This document shows positions 1-10,091 of a DNA stretch of 38,534 bases, one piece after another. Under the pieces are notes generated by a model. It did not search any database and was not told the origin of the DNA. It saw only the letters and a list, made by a program, of their open reading frames with translations. Source of the DNA: Chrysochromulina tobinii (Eukaryota); contig JWZX01002673.1 in the NCBI GenBank assembly GCA_001275005.1, forward strand, positions 1-38,534. The letters are read 5' to 3'. The first letter of the stretch is position 1. The number at the start of each line of letters is the position of its first letter. A program made the position numbers and the translations under genes.

Positions 1-1
1 A

Positions 2-1936
2 AAAGTCCTGCGGCGCTGCGGCGCTGCGGCGGTGAAGCTCGCCGAGGCCGGCCTCAAGCAGCCCACGTCAGCCACGAGCAAGGTCGTGCCAGCAGAAACA
101 ATCAAGGCGCTCGACGCGCATCGCGCTGCTGAGCATGCAAACGGAGGCAAATCTGCGTGGACGACAGCCGAGGACATCGCACTTCTGGAGCTGCACGCGG
201 GAGACTTGCCGATGTCGACACATCATCCAGCCCTCGTCAACCGATCTCGCAGTGCACGCCAAAATCGGATGCTCCTATTGCAAAAGCACGTGGGTGGGCT
301 CGTGCGAGCCACCTTCTCCAAGTCGATCACCAACCAAGCAGGCCCGCTCCTCAACCTGCACTACGGCCTATGGACTCGTCTCTCTCCGGACCTCGCCCTG
401 CCCGAAAATGCTCAGGTGGACTGGCTGAATGGCGTCGCTCGCGCCCCTGCCGCGTGGGACTTGCAGCTCGACCCAGATGCCATCGTGCTCTTCGATGCCG
501 CGCGTGATGAATGGATCGATCTCGACGCGTCCGACCTCTTCATGCTGCCCGACGTTCGGCGAACCATGACGCTCCACCAGATCATGAATCACGTCGAAAA
601 CTGGATGCAAACTAAAGCGTCGCCCGGGCTGCCCGAGCGCATCAACTTCGACGATCTGCGCTTCGCATTCCTTCCATCAGACCTGAAGCAGCCATCACCG
701 TTCGAGGAAGCTGTGGCCGCAGCTGCTCCTACTGAAGGCCAGTCTGTACTCTATCATCGCGCCGACGGGAGCACCGCCCGTGCCAGTGTCAAGACCGTCA
801 ACGTGCCGCCACCGCCACCGCCGCCCGTGGTTGCGCCTCACGCACGGCAGGGACTGCCGATTCGGCACGAAGAGAGCCCGGCGGTCAAGCCGACGACGTT
901 CACCATCGTGGTCGAGGATGGCGCAGAGGTCTGCACAGTGCGTGAGCGCCTGTCGCTCGACGTCTCGGCACGGGCTCAAGGCCAAGGTGCGACCTCGACC
1001 TCGAGCTTGCTGCCGTACGACAATGTGACGTTCCCAGATCCGAATAGCACCATCGAAGCTGTCGACCTCTACAACCAAAAACGCCGTCTCATCGTCACCA
1101 ACGTGCGCAACTTCAATTCCGGAGACCGAGACGTGCGCAACTACTGGGCGGAGCGACGGCGCAATGCAGAGCACGTCCACAACGCCCGGCCTCGTGCTGT
1201 CGAGCACCTCACGATGCTCAACAACCTTACGGCTCAGGATCACAATCACGGGGTCGACACGCATCTTCCAAATGAGGCCTCTGTCTGGGCAAAGCTCTCG
1301 AGGTACGCAACCTCGATCGCGGAGCCCATGACGTGTGTGTGCTTCCAGTGCGGCATGGTCAATCACCGCTCCAACACGCACGTCATCACGGTCCGAAATG
1401 TGACGAGGCCACGTGACTGCCGTGCGTATCGCGTCTTCCGATACTACATTCGCCGCCTTCAACGCAAGGAGCGCGAGCGCATCGGCGACGACGTCGATGG
1501 CAACGACGTGAACAGCAGCGTCTTCCTGTGCAACCCGTGCGACGACGCGGTCCTCGGTGCGAACGTCTACGCCTGCACCGCGTGCAAGACGGCGTGCGCG
1601 CGCAAGGACGCTGAGGGCAAACGCTTCTACGCGCAGTGCACCGGCGCCGAGCTCGACCTCTTCGACGGCTTCGATGAGGAGGATCACTACGTGAGCAACG
1701 GCATCGGTGAGCGTCAAGCGCCAGAGTACCGGAAGCTCTCCGTGCACGACCGGCTCGCTCTCAGTGTGCTCAACATGGGCGACGCGCTCTTCAAGGCGTA
1801 CGGAGGCGCCGGCTACACCCACTCCGCCGGCGGCGGGCTGCTTCAGCCCCAGGACTTCCACGGCATGGCCGCGCTCCTCGTCGAGGCACGCCCCAGTCGC
1901 GACGTCGGACCCGCGATTCTAATCAATTCGAATTGA
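2..1936 (+). mobile_element. 5'-open ORF with a Myb/SANT-like motif and Cys clusters resembling the N-terminal (DUF6570-like) region of a Helitron2/Helentron Rep-helicase; truncated, probable transposon relic
   Basis: The frame is open from base 2 (the ORF-track start at 32 is GTG). WTTAEDIALLEL...NRSRSARQNR is Myb-like. EPMTCVCFQCG...CTACK...SNGIGERQAPEYRKLSVHDRLAL...GGGLLQPQD follows the pattern P-x-C-x2-C...CxxC...NG...P-x-E-x2-L-x3-E/D-x2-L that I recall upstream of Helentron Rep domains. The ORF ends abruptly in an AT-rich palindrome, with no HUH Rep or Pif1 helicase motifs. Confidence 0.5.
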
Positions 1937-2085
1937 CGTTCCCTCATTCTGAAATTGTGTGAGGGTCCTTCCCGAAGTTCTGCACTTTCGCCGTAACGGC
2001 TCGCCGGAGTTTTCCTATCTCGCCTCCGATCTCTCGTTCACGTGGGCGACCTCCGACCGACGATCACGGACCCCACGAGCCCGCA

Positions 2086-3675
2086 ATGTCAACGTTTGGC
2101 ACCATCTTCCGCGTGACCACGTTTGGCGAGTCGCACTGCAAGGGCGTCGGCGCCATTGTCGACGGCGTGCCGCCTCGGATGTGCGCGCGCGCCGCCACCG
2201 CCTTGATTTCAAGCCTGTCTGAGCCTGGCCGCGCGCCTGCCGCTGAACCGCTACTCGAACACGCGCGCAGGGCACTCACCGAGGCCGATATCCAGCCGCA
2301 GCTCACGCGCCGTCGGCCAGGTCAGAGCCGGCTGACAACGCCGCGCGCCGAAAAAGACCTGGTGACAATCATGTCGGGCACCGAGTTTGGTTTCACGCTG
2401 GGGACGCCGATCGGCCTCTTCGTACCCAACGAGGACCAGCGGCCGGGCGACTACAGCGAGATGGACTCGATCCCGCGGCCGGGCCACGCCGACTTCACCT
2501 ACCAGATTAAATACGGCACGCGTGCCTCGTCGGGCGGCGGCCGCTCGTCAGCGCGCGAGACGATCGGGCGCGTGGCCGCGGGCGCGATCGCGGAGAAGTT
2601 CCTGCTCGAGACGTACGGCACGACCGTGAATTGCTGGGTCAGCTCCATCGGCGACGTCTCGATGCCCGATTCGGCGGTGGCACTCGCGGACGGTGGACGA
2701 GGCTGGACGCGTGAGGAGATCGATACGCACGGTACGCTGTGCATGCTGCGAAACCCGTCGCATTGGCACGTCGTGAGCGAGTCGGAGGAGCCCGACGCGG
2801 CCCAGCGCAAGAAGAAGCAGATGGCCCTCGAGATCGCCTCCGAGGAGGCCTTCCTCGCGCAGTACAATGGCGGACCAGAGGCGCTTGCTGCCCTGGCCGC
2901 TGTGCCCAGCTACGCCGACCACGAGGGCAAGCTGTACAATCATGCTGGCGTGGAGGTTGTGGCGCCGATCAACCTGGCGGCGTGGCAGACGGACGAGTTA
3001 CTCCCGCTCCGCTGTCCGCACCCGCCCACATGCTGCCGCATGGCTACGCTCATCCGCCAAGTGAAGAGTGAGCAGGATTCGATCGGTGGCACTGTCGCGT
3101 GCGTCTGCCGTGACGTGCCCCCCGCTCTTGGTGAGCCCGTGTTTGACCGCTTAGAGGCGAAACTCGCGCATGCAATGCTTTCGCTCCCCGCGACCAAGGG
3201 CTTCGAGATCGGCTCGGGCTTCGGAGGCACCGTCATGCGCGGCTCCGTGCACAACGACCCATTCGTGCAGCGGCCGGCCTCTCCCGGCCCGGGGGGGGTC
3301 AAGGAGCCTGCGATCACGACCAAGAAGAACCATGCCGGGGGCACTCTCGGCGGCATCAGCGTGGGGACGGACATCTACTTCCGGGTGGCGGTGAAGCCCG
3401 TCTCCACCATCGGGCGCGCCCAGATGACGTCCTCGTACGGCGGAGACGACGTCGTTCTCGAGGCCAAAGGGCGCCATGACCCTTGTGTGCTTCCGCGCAC
3501 GCCGCCTCTCGTCGAGGCCATGGCAGCACTTGTGCTCATCGACGCGGCACTGATGCAGCGCACGCGCCTGGGCGGGAGCGAGACCATCCGAGACGACGCG
3601 CGCACCAACTTCAACCCTCGCGCGGCCAACGGACACGCGGACTCCTCTGCGAGCAAGAGGCCGCGCAATGCTTAA
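2086..3675 (+). CDS. aroC: Chorismate synthase; exons 2086-2180 and 2271-3675; no targeting presequence
   Basis: MSTFG..FRVTTFGESH, RRRPGQS, RPGHAD, SSGGGRSSARETIGRVAAGA, DSIGG, KGFEIGSGF, GGTLGGIS and GRHDPCV are the family signature motifs. The N-terminus closely resembles fungal ARO2. Confidence 0.97.
   Translation: MSTFGTIFRVTTFGESHCKGVGAIVDGVPPRMCARAATALISSLSEPGRAPAAEPLLEHARRALTEADIQPQLTRRRPGQSRLTTPRAEKDLVTIMSGTEFGFTLGTPIGLFVPNEDQRPGDYSEMDSIPRPGHADFTYQIKYGTRASSGGGRSSARETIGRVAAGAIAEKFLLETYGTTVNCWVSSIGDVSMPDSAVALADGGRGWTREEIDTHGTLCMLRNPSHWHVVSESEEPDAAQRKKKQMALEIASEEAFLAQYNGGPEALAALAAVPSYADHEGKLYNHAGVEVVAPINLAAWQTDELLPLRCPHPPTCCRMATLIRQVKSEQDSIGGTVACVCRDVPPALGEPVFDRLEAKLAHAMLSLPATKGFEIGSGFGGTVMRGSVHNDPFVQRPASPGPGGVKEPAITTKKNHAGGTLGGISVGTDIYFRVAVKPVSTIGRAQMTSSYGGDDVVLEAKGRHDPCVLPRTPPLVEAMAALVLIDAALMQRTRLGGSETIRDDARTNFNPRAANGHADSSASKRPRNA
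2181..2270 (+). other. Spliceosomal intron (90 nt, in-frame, stop-free) in chorismate synthase
   Basis: Boundaries are GTGCGC...GCGCAG. Removing it restores the conserved GVPPRM-ALTEADIQPQL and deletes 30 non-conserved residues. Confidence 0.85.
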
Positions 3676-4328
3676 GGCACCCCCTGGCATCGGTCGGGGC
3701 GCCGACGTGAGCATGGCTGCCCGTCGCCCCGTTGTGATGATGAGCAGCTGAGCGCGCGCGGTGTTGTACGGACAGTCGATGTCCTCGGGGAGCGAGACAT
3801 CCTCTCCCCGCCGGGTTGGGACGAGAGAGGTGCGGACAGCGAGAGAGGGGCGACACCCTGTGAGCGCGCATGGAGGCGCGGGAGTCGGTAGACAGCGCTC
3901 AGCGGAGAGGCGAGCGCAGTGAGGCGAACAGGCGTGAGTCGTGACGCCGCACCCGCGCAGAGTACCCAGCATCCATGTTATTATGTTACTGGCTGTGTGG
4001 TTTTCGCCGTTCGTCAACAAAAGACTGCGGATTCTCAATCCGTCATGATTGATATATGTTAAGGTACCTTAATGCGGTTATTTCGATTTTGCGTATATTT
4101 CGAGATCGCGGGAAAACAACTAGAGAACTAGGAGCGTACTAGCCGCGACGCCGGCGAACGGCGCCGGTGTCACTTGTGGGATATCATGATGATCGGATCA
4201 TGCGATGCTTCATAATTCAGGGACCCCGCCAATTGGTAGGTAGCTTGTTCAGTTACAAATCTCTCTCTCTCATCGTTCGTGGCTCTCCGTACTCCGACTA
4301 GGCCGCGCACGTGGGTGCTGACGTGATT

Positions 4329-7300
4329 TTAAGGTGCAGCCGGTGGCGGCGGTCCGCTCGGCACGTATAGCTCGGCTCGCTGGTAAGGATCAGGGACCGA
4401 GCAGTCGGTGCCAGCCCAGCCCCGGTGGCATCGGCACTGGGCGAAGCCAGCTTCGTCAGCTTCGTCAGCTTCGTCGCCTTCCTCGATGGCCTCGCCGAGG
4501 GCACGCGCCGGCTGCTCACAACTGCCGTGCACGCATCCACCTACGCACTTGAGCATCGAGCAGTCGACGCCCGTCCACCCCGCATCGCAGCTGCACCCAC
4601 CGTGCTCACACCAGCCATGTGTGCCGCAGCCCGACGCCGCGCACTCGCGGTGCTGGCACCACTCGCCATACCAGTCGGCCTCGCACACGCACACGCCGCG
4701 GGACGCATCGCAGGCACCGTGGCCGTTACATCCATGCATGCATCGGAGCTCGGCGCGGCAGCGCGAGCCCACTGACGTGACCCGGCGCGCCGACGAGGCT
4801 GGCACGAGGCCAGCGGCCGCGCCGGCCGCGCTCGCGTTGGCTTCCATGCTCGCATCAGTGGTCATCGCCCTCGAGACGGCGGTGTAGTCGGCGATCTGAG
4901 GCCGGGACTCGGTGGTGTCGTCGCACTCGCAGGCACCACCGAGGCAGCGTCCTCGTGCCGAGCACGGCGGCGCACTTGCATCGATCGGAGCGCACGTCGC
5001 ATGCTCGCATGCAGCGCCCGACCATCCGGGCGCGCACACGCACGCGCCCGTGAGTGCGTCGCAGCTGCCGTGGTTGCTGCACCCAGAGGCGCAGCGCACG
5101 GCGTTCTCGCATGCCTCTCCCGCGAAGTACGGGTCGCATAGACAGCTGCCGTGTACGCACGTGCCGTGGCCGTGGCAGTTGGATGGGCACGCCTTGTCAG
5201 CGCAGCCAGGGCCAGTCCAGCCGGCAGCACACACGCACACGCGCCGCTCCACGTCGCAATGGGCGCGCTCGGCGTGGCAACCCTGGAGGGGGCCGCCGCC
5301 CGCGCGCATCGCCGTTGTGGTGAGCAGCGGCGCGAGCGCGAGCGAGGAGCTGTGATTGAGCATCGTCAGCTGCAGGCGCGCGGTACGGTCCCCAGGACAC
5401 GCTGGGGTCGCGCAGGACGGTCCGTCCCATCCCGGATTGCACACGCACTCACCGGCGGCCGTGCAGTCGCCTCGCCCGTGGCAGTCGTGTTCGCACGCGC
5501 GCTGCGCGCAGTCGGCACCTCGCCAGCCTGCCTGGCAGATGCATAGGCCAGCGCGACGATCTGGAGGCTGCACGCAGTCACCATGGCCAGAGCAGTTGTG
5601 CGCGCACAAGGCCGCCTCACACGTGGGTCCCCCATACGGCGGCTCACACGCGCAGCGCGCGAGCCGGTTCCCAACGTCCACGAGGCACGCGCCACGGCCG
5701 GAGCAGGCACTCGGTGTCCCGAGGCAAGCGGGGCGCTCGCATGCAAGGCCGCGCCATCCGGGCAGGCAGCGGCAGCGGCCGATCGCGCGATCGCACGTGC
5801 CGTGGGTGGAACCACCGCAGGTCGCTTCTGGTTCGGGCGAGAGAGGATCGCGCGGGCACTGCCGGTCGGCGCAGTCGACGCCGGTCCACCCCGGCCAGCA
5901 CTCGCACGTGCCATCTGACATGCACACCCCATGCTGCGAGCAGGCCCGTGGGCACGTCGGCAGCTCGCATTGCTCGCCTGTCCACCCAAGATCGCAACGG
6001 CAGCGCGCGGGAAACGCGGTGACGACGATGGGCGTGCGGCTCGCGGCCACGGCCGCGGCGGCGTCGTACGCCGGCGAGCGCCAGTCCATCCGCCAGCCGC
6101 GCGCCGCCTCGGGCAGCTCGCACACGCCGTGGCCCGAGCAATTGGTCTCGCACAGTCGTATCGAGCAATCCGCGCCTCCGAAGCCGGCGTGACACTCACA
6201 ACGACCCAGGGCAGCGCACACGCCGCGCTTGGAACATCCATTGGGGCAGAGCACCTCGGCACAGTCGGCGCCGCCGCGCCCCGCCACGCACAGGCACGTG
6301 CCACCCGCGCACGCGCCAAACGGCGGCGAGCAGTCGGACGTGCACTCGCGCTCGCACGCGCGGCCGCGTGTGAGCGCTGAGCTATACCCCAGATCGCACC
6401 GGCAGAGGCCCTCGACGCAGATGCCGTGCGGTCCGCATGCCGACGGTTCGCCGGGTGCGGCCGGCGCGCATGCGATCAAGTCGCATGCGTCGCCATGCCA
6501 CCCTTTCTCGCACACGCACCCGGCGCCGCCGAAGGGGTCGCAGGCGCCGTGTACACCACACTGGGAGGCCGTGCACAAGGAGGGCGAAGGAGCGGCCGCG
6601 GCCGCGCTCACGTCCGCGAGTGCAGGCGTCGCAAGCCCGCAATTCTCACCGACGAAGCCCTTGGCGCACGCGCATACGGCCGGGGTAGCGCCGGCGCCGG
6701 CGCCGGCGCCTCCGACACACAGGCCACGTCCGAGGCTTGCCCAGCACTCATCAGGGCAGCCTACACTCTCCGAGCAGTTGTCGCCGCGCCAGCCGCCTGC
6801 ACACTCGCATAGGCCGCGGACGCACCGGCCGTGGCCAGAACATCCGGCGGGGCACTGCGCCGTCTCGCACGCGGCGCCCGCCCAGCCACCGAAGCATATA
6901 CACGTGCCGCGCACGCACCGTCCGTGGCCTCCGCATCCCTCGACACCGCAGCCACGCTCGGCGCAGTTGGCGCCCGTCCAGCCGGCCGCGCAACGGCACG
7001 CGCCGTCGACGCACGTGCCGTGTGCGCCACAGCCGCCCGCGCAGCCCTCGCGCACCTCGCACGCCGCGCCGTCATACCCCGCGTAGCACTTGCACGTCGG
7101 AGTATAGTTGTTGATGGGCCCCGGAGGCAGGCAATGGCCGCGCTGCGAGCACGGCGGTGAACCCGGGCATGCCGGTAGATCGCATCGGTCACCCGACCAG
7201 CCGCCGGTGCAGAAGCAGGTGCCCGAGGGCGTGCACACGCCGTGCACACACCCGGCCGGGCAGTCGCGCTCGTCGCAGCGCGCTCCCTTCCAGCCCGAGG

Positions 7301-8039
7301 CACAGGCGCACGTGCCGTTGGCGGCGCAAAACCCCCGCGGCCATCCACACGCGGTATCGACGCACAGAGGGGCGGGCTGGTCGCACCGCTCGCCGGCCCA
7401 GGCGTGTGCGCACACGCACACGCCGCCTGCGCACGTGCCGTGCGGGCCGCACTCGACCGCGCATGCCAGGCCGTCGCATGCTTCGCCCATCCAGCCGGCC
7501 CAGCACTTGCAGTGGCCATCGGGCAGGCAGTCGCCATGCGCGCTGCAGTCGCGCGGACACGAGGCGACAGAGCAATCGAGGGAGAGCCAGCCGTCGTTGC
7601 ACTTGCACACGTTGTGTTCGCACGTGCCGTGGCCTGAGCAGTCGTTGGGGCACGCCGGCTCGGCGCACGACGGGCCGCTCCAGAGCAAGCCGCAGGCGCA
7701 CGTGCCGTTGATGCAGGTGCCATGGCCGCTGCATCCGGTGGGGCACGTGCGCTCGGCACATGCGGCACCCACGTAGCCTGCCGGACACTCGCACAGGTCG
7801 GGCGCCTTACACGTGCCGCCATTCTCACACACTGGAGAGCACACGGGGACTGAGCAGTCGCTGCCCTGCCAACCGGCGTCACACTGGCAGCCAAAGAGGT
7901 TGTGCCACACGCTCAGAGTGCCGTGGCCCGAGCAATGAATTCCCGAGCTGGGCGCCGCCGCTGCCGCCCAATGGATGAACAGTAGGAGGCGAACAGGGGA
8001 GGCCAGAGGCGTCGAGGCTCCTCTCGCACCGCGCAGCAT
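4329..8039 (-). CDS. Secreted tenascin/teneurin-type EGF-repeat protein (~30 EGF-like repeats)
   Basis: The first ATG is at 8039 (8054 is GTG), followed by the hydrophobic signal-like VRLLLFIHWAAAAA. About 30 counted copies of C-x3-CSGHG-x-C-x2-G-x-C-x-C-x2-GW-x-G-x2-C. No transmembrane segment. Confidence 0.9.
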   Translation of the reverse strand: MLRGARGASTPLASPVRLLLFIHWAAAAAPSSGIHCSGHGTLSVWHNLFGCQCDAGWQGSDCSVPVCSPVCENGGTCKAPDLCECPAGYVGAACAERTCPTGCSGHGTCINGTCACGLLWSGPSCAEPACPNDCSGHGTCEHNVCKCNDGWLSLDCSVASCPRDCSAHGDCLPDGHCKCWAGWMGEACDGLACAVECGPHGTCAGGVCVCAHAWAGERCDQPAPLCVDTACGWPRGFCAANGTCACASGWKGARCDERDCPAGCVHGVCTPSGTCFCTGGWSGDRCDLPACPGSPPCSQRGHCLPPGPINNYTPTCKCYAGYDGAACEVREGCAGGCGAHGTCVDGACRCAAGWTGANCAERGCGVEGCGGHGRCVRGTCICFGGWAGAACETAQCPAGCSGHGRCVRGLCECAGGWRGDNCSESVGCPDECWASLGRGLCVGGAGAGAGATPAVCACAKGFVGENCGLATPALADVSAAAAAPSPSLCTASQCGVHGACDPFGGAGCVCEKGWHGDACDLIACAPAAPGEPSACGPHGICVEGLCRCDLGYSSALTRGRACERECTSDCSPPFGACAGGTCLCVAGRGGADCAEVLCPNGCSKRGVCAALGRCECHAGFGGADCSIRLCETNCSGHGVCELPEAARGWRMDWRSPAYDAAAAVAASRTPIVVTAFPARCRCDLGWTGEQCELPTCPRACSQHGVCMSDGTCECWPGWTGVDCADRQCPRDPLSPEPEATCGGSTHGTCDRAIGRCRCLPGWRGLACERPACLGTPSACSGRGACLVDVGNRLARCACEPPYGGPTCEAALCAHNCSGHGDCVQPPDRRAGLCICQAGWRGADCAQRACEHDCHGRGDCTAAGECVCNPGWDGPSCATPACPGDRTARLQLTMLNHSSSLALAPLLTTTAMRAGGGPLQGCHAERAHCDVERRVCVCAAGWTGPGCADKACPSNCHGHGTCVHGSCLCDPYFAGEACENAVRCASGCSNHGSCDALTGACVCAPGWSGAACEHATCAPIDASAPPCSARGRCLGGACECDDTTESRPQIADYTAVSRAMTTDASMEANASAAGAAAGLVPASSARRVTSVGSRCRAELRCMHGCNGHGACDASRGVCVCEADWYGEWCQHRECAASGCGTHGWCEHGGCSCDAGWTGVDCSMLKCVGGCVHGSCEQPARALGEAIEEGDEADEADEAGFAQCRCHRGWAGTDCSVPDPYQRAELYVPSGPPPPAAP

Positions 8040-8217
8040 CCTATCCAAACACACGGGACCCTTCGTGTTTCGTCAGAACTTCGCGCCGGAAATCCTCGAA
8101 CCTAATTCCTACCATAGTAACCGAGTGGCGGCCGTGCATTCATTCACAGTCAATGTTAATTCGACACCCTGTTCACAGGAGCGTCCGAAACTCCGCATCT
8201 TCGCCAACTTCGTCATC

Positions 8218-9861
8218 ATGCAAGACGGCAGGTCGACTCCATTAAGGGCGACTCAGGTCGAAGTCGACCCCAATCAGACGCGCAACACGGCCGAGATCGC
8301 CCTGCTACAGCCGTACGACACCAAACCGACCACTTTTGCGAGCTGGCGTTGCATAATCTGTATCATGACCGCCGCCCTCACCTGTGGCATCACAACGGGT
8401 GTGGTTATTTACATCGAGAGCATGGACTCAGAATCCCCGAGCTCGCCGACAGGCGAATGCGCGAAGGCGAAGGTCCAAGTCGTCCAGTCGATCCCCCTCG
8501 GCAGTCCCGCCGATCCCTACAGTGGCGCTCCCTACATCCCTCCGATTGGTGGCTCCGTGCCCAGTTGGGAGGCCTTCGTACGGCTCGCGAATGAGTCAAC
8601 GACGACGCTGGACTTCACGGCCATGTACTTTGACCTGCTGGGCCTCGAGGATCGCCAACAATTCAATGCGAGCGAGATGCAGGCCTTTGGTGCCGATCGC
8701 GGCGAAGCTGTCTTTGCAGCACTCGAGGCCGCCGCGATGCGCGGCGTCCAGATGCGCATCCTGCTCGGCACGCTCAACGACCCGATGAACAGCACAGAGG
8801 TGCGCACGCTGCTCAGCTACCCGAGCGTTAAGGCGCGCACCTGGAACCCAGTCAAATGGTACGATGGCGGCATCATGCACATGAAGCTGTGGCATTCCAA
8901 CGGGCGCGCCGCTTATCTGGGCAGTGCCAACACCGATTGGAAATCGCTCGCGCAGGTTCAGGAGTTGGGTGTGCTGGTCAATGGCACTGCGGCGACGGCC
9001 GACCTTGGGCGCCTCTTTGAGACCTTTTGGAAGTGGGCGAGCCCCGACGTGCCTGCTCAGCAGATGATCGTGTTCAGCGACAAGTACGCGGCACCGCTCA
9101 CTCTGCCGCCGTGGGACATCAACGTGCCGCTCGAGCTCAGGGTGCCGATGGCTGCGCCCTTCGATCTGTTGGCTTCGAGCCCACTCGCGGCCCTCTCGAG
9201 TGTGAGTTCCCCACAGCTGCTCTGCCCAGACGAGGAGGATCCTGAGGCCGCGGCCGCGAACGCCTATGTCTCAGCGTCACCTGGGGGCGCCGTCACCGCC
9301 GGCCGCACCTTCGACCAAGCTGCGCTGATCGACACCGTCCGCTCCGCTACGACTAACCTGTCACTGAGCGTGATGGACTTTTTGCCGGCGAGCAGCTATA
9401 CGGGCGGGCACGGCTCGGGCCCACTCTACTGGCCAGAGCTCGTCAACGCCGTGCTCGCAGTGGCCTACTCGAAGCCCGTGCGCGTACGTGTGCTGGTGAG
9501 CCGCTGGGCTCACACGAGCAAGATGATGGGCCCCGCGATGAAACAGCTCGCTGACGGCCTTGCCGCGTGCACGACGGCTTACCCGACGTGCGCGGGCTCG
9601 CTCGAGGTACGTCAATTTGAATTGCCTGGCTGGCAGAACACCACCGGCCCGAACGCGACCTTCCCGCCCTATTCGCGAGTCAACCACGCCAAGTTCATCG
9701 TGAGCGATCAACGCGCCAATGTCGGGACGTCGAATTGGGAGTGGGGCTACATGTACCAGACGGCGGGCTCGTCATGGAACACCAACGACACCAAGATCGT
9801 CGCGGCCGTGCAGCAGATCTTTGACCAGGGCTGGGAGAGCCCATTTGCCGTGCCGCTGTAG
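8218..9861 (+). CDS. PLD3/PLD4-like phospholipase D superfamily protein (type II membrane, lysosomal 5'-exonuclease-like)
   Basis: N-terminal TM (IICIMTAALTCGITTGVVIYI), VVQSIP, HMKLWHSNGRAAYLGSANTDWKSL.QVQELG, YVSASP, SVMDF and RVNHAKFIVSD..ANVGTSNW. Start taken at MQDGR (8218) because the upstream ATG overlaps the divergent gene. Confidence 0.9.
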   Translation: MQDGRSTPLRATQVEVDPNQTRNTAEIALLQPYDTKPTTFASWRCIICIMTAALTCGITTGVVIYIESMDSESPSSPTGECAKAKVQVVQSIPLGSPADPYSGAPYIPPIGGSVPSWEAFVRLANESTTTLDFTAMYFDLLGLEDRQQFNASEMQAFGADRGEAVFAALEAAAMRGVQMRILLGTLNDPMNSTEVRTLLSYPSVKARTWNPVKWYDGGIMHMKLWHSNGRAAYLGSANTDWKSLAQVQELGVLVNGTAATADLGRLFETFWKWASPDVPAQQMIVFSDKYAAPLTLPPWDINVPLELRVPMAAPFDLLASSPLAALSSVSSPQLLCPDEEDPEAAAANAYVSASPGGAVTAGRTFDQAALIDTVRSATTNLSLSVMDFLPASSYTGGHGSGPLYWPELVNAVLAVAYSKPVRVRVLVSRWAHTSKMMGPAMKQLADGLAACTTAYPTCAGSLEVRQFELPGWQNTTGPNATFPPYSRVNHAKFIVSDQRANVGTSNWEWGYMYQTAGSSWNTNDTKIVAAVQQIFDQGWESPFAVPL

Positions 9862-10091
9862 AAGCGTGATGATTCGGGCGGGGACGCGGGGTGTGTGGTG
9901 ATAGTCCCGATTGTTAGCGTGTGAGGTGTGCTTCCAGCACCTTTCCTGAAACCTGGGTCCGATTTTCGACCTCTGGTCGAGGAGGAGACAGTGCTGAGTC
10001 CTAGACCTTAACAGCCATGTTCACACTCGTCCCCCGCTCTGAGCCGCTGAAGCCCAACCGCCCTCCTGCCCGGGTGGATCGCTCGCGATAG

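Noticed and set aside
695..1861. Long antisense and alternative-frame ORFs (for example 695-1861, 18008-19045, 6761-7894, 31536-32393)
   Set aside because: These are shadow ORFs expected from high GC and GC3 bias. They overlap better-supported genes and have no recognisable motifs.
2732..2997. Chorismate synthase insertion as a second intron
   Set aside because: The available GT/AG pairs give 257 or 266 nt, neither a multiple of 3, and the codon pattern is coding-like.
5283..5386. Possible GT-AG intron explaining an insertion in an EGF repeat (minus strand)
   Set aside because: It is 104 nt long, so removal would frameshift an otherwise continuous EGF ORF.
7975..8217. Upstream N-terminal extensions in the ORF track (also 13646, 17828, 21725, 23762, 32641)
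   Set aside because: They use GTG/TTG starts or run through divergent promoter gaps. Downstream ATGs match the family N-termini or signal peptides better.
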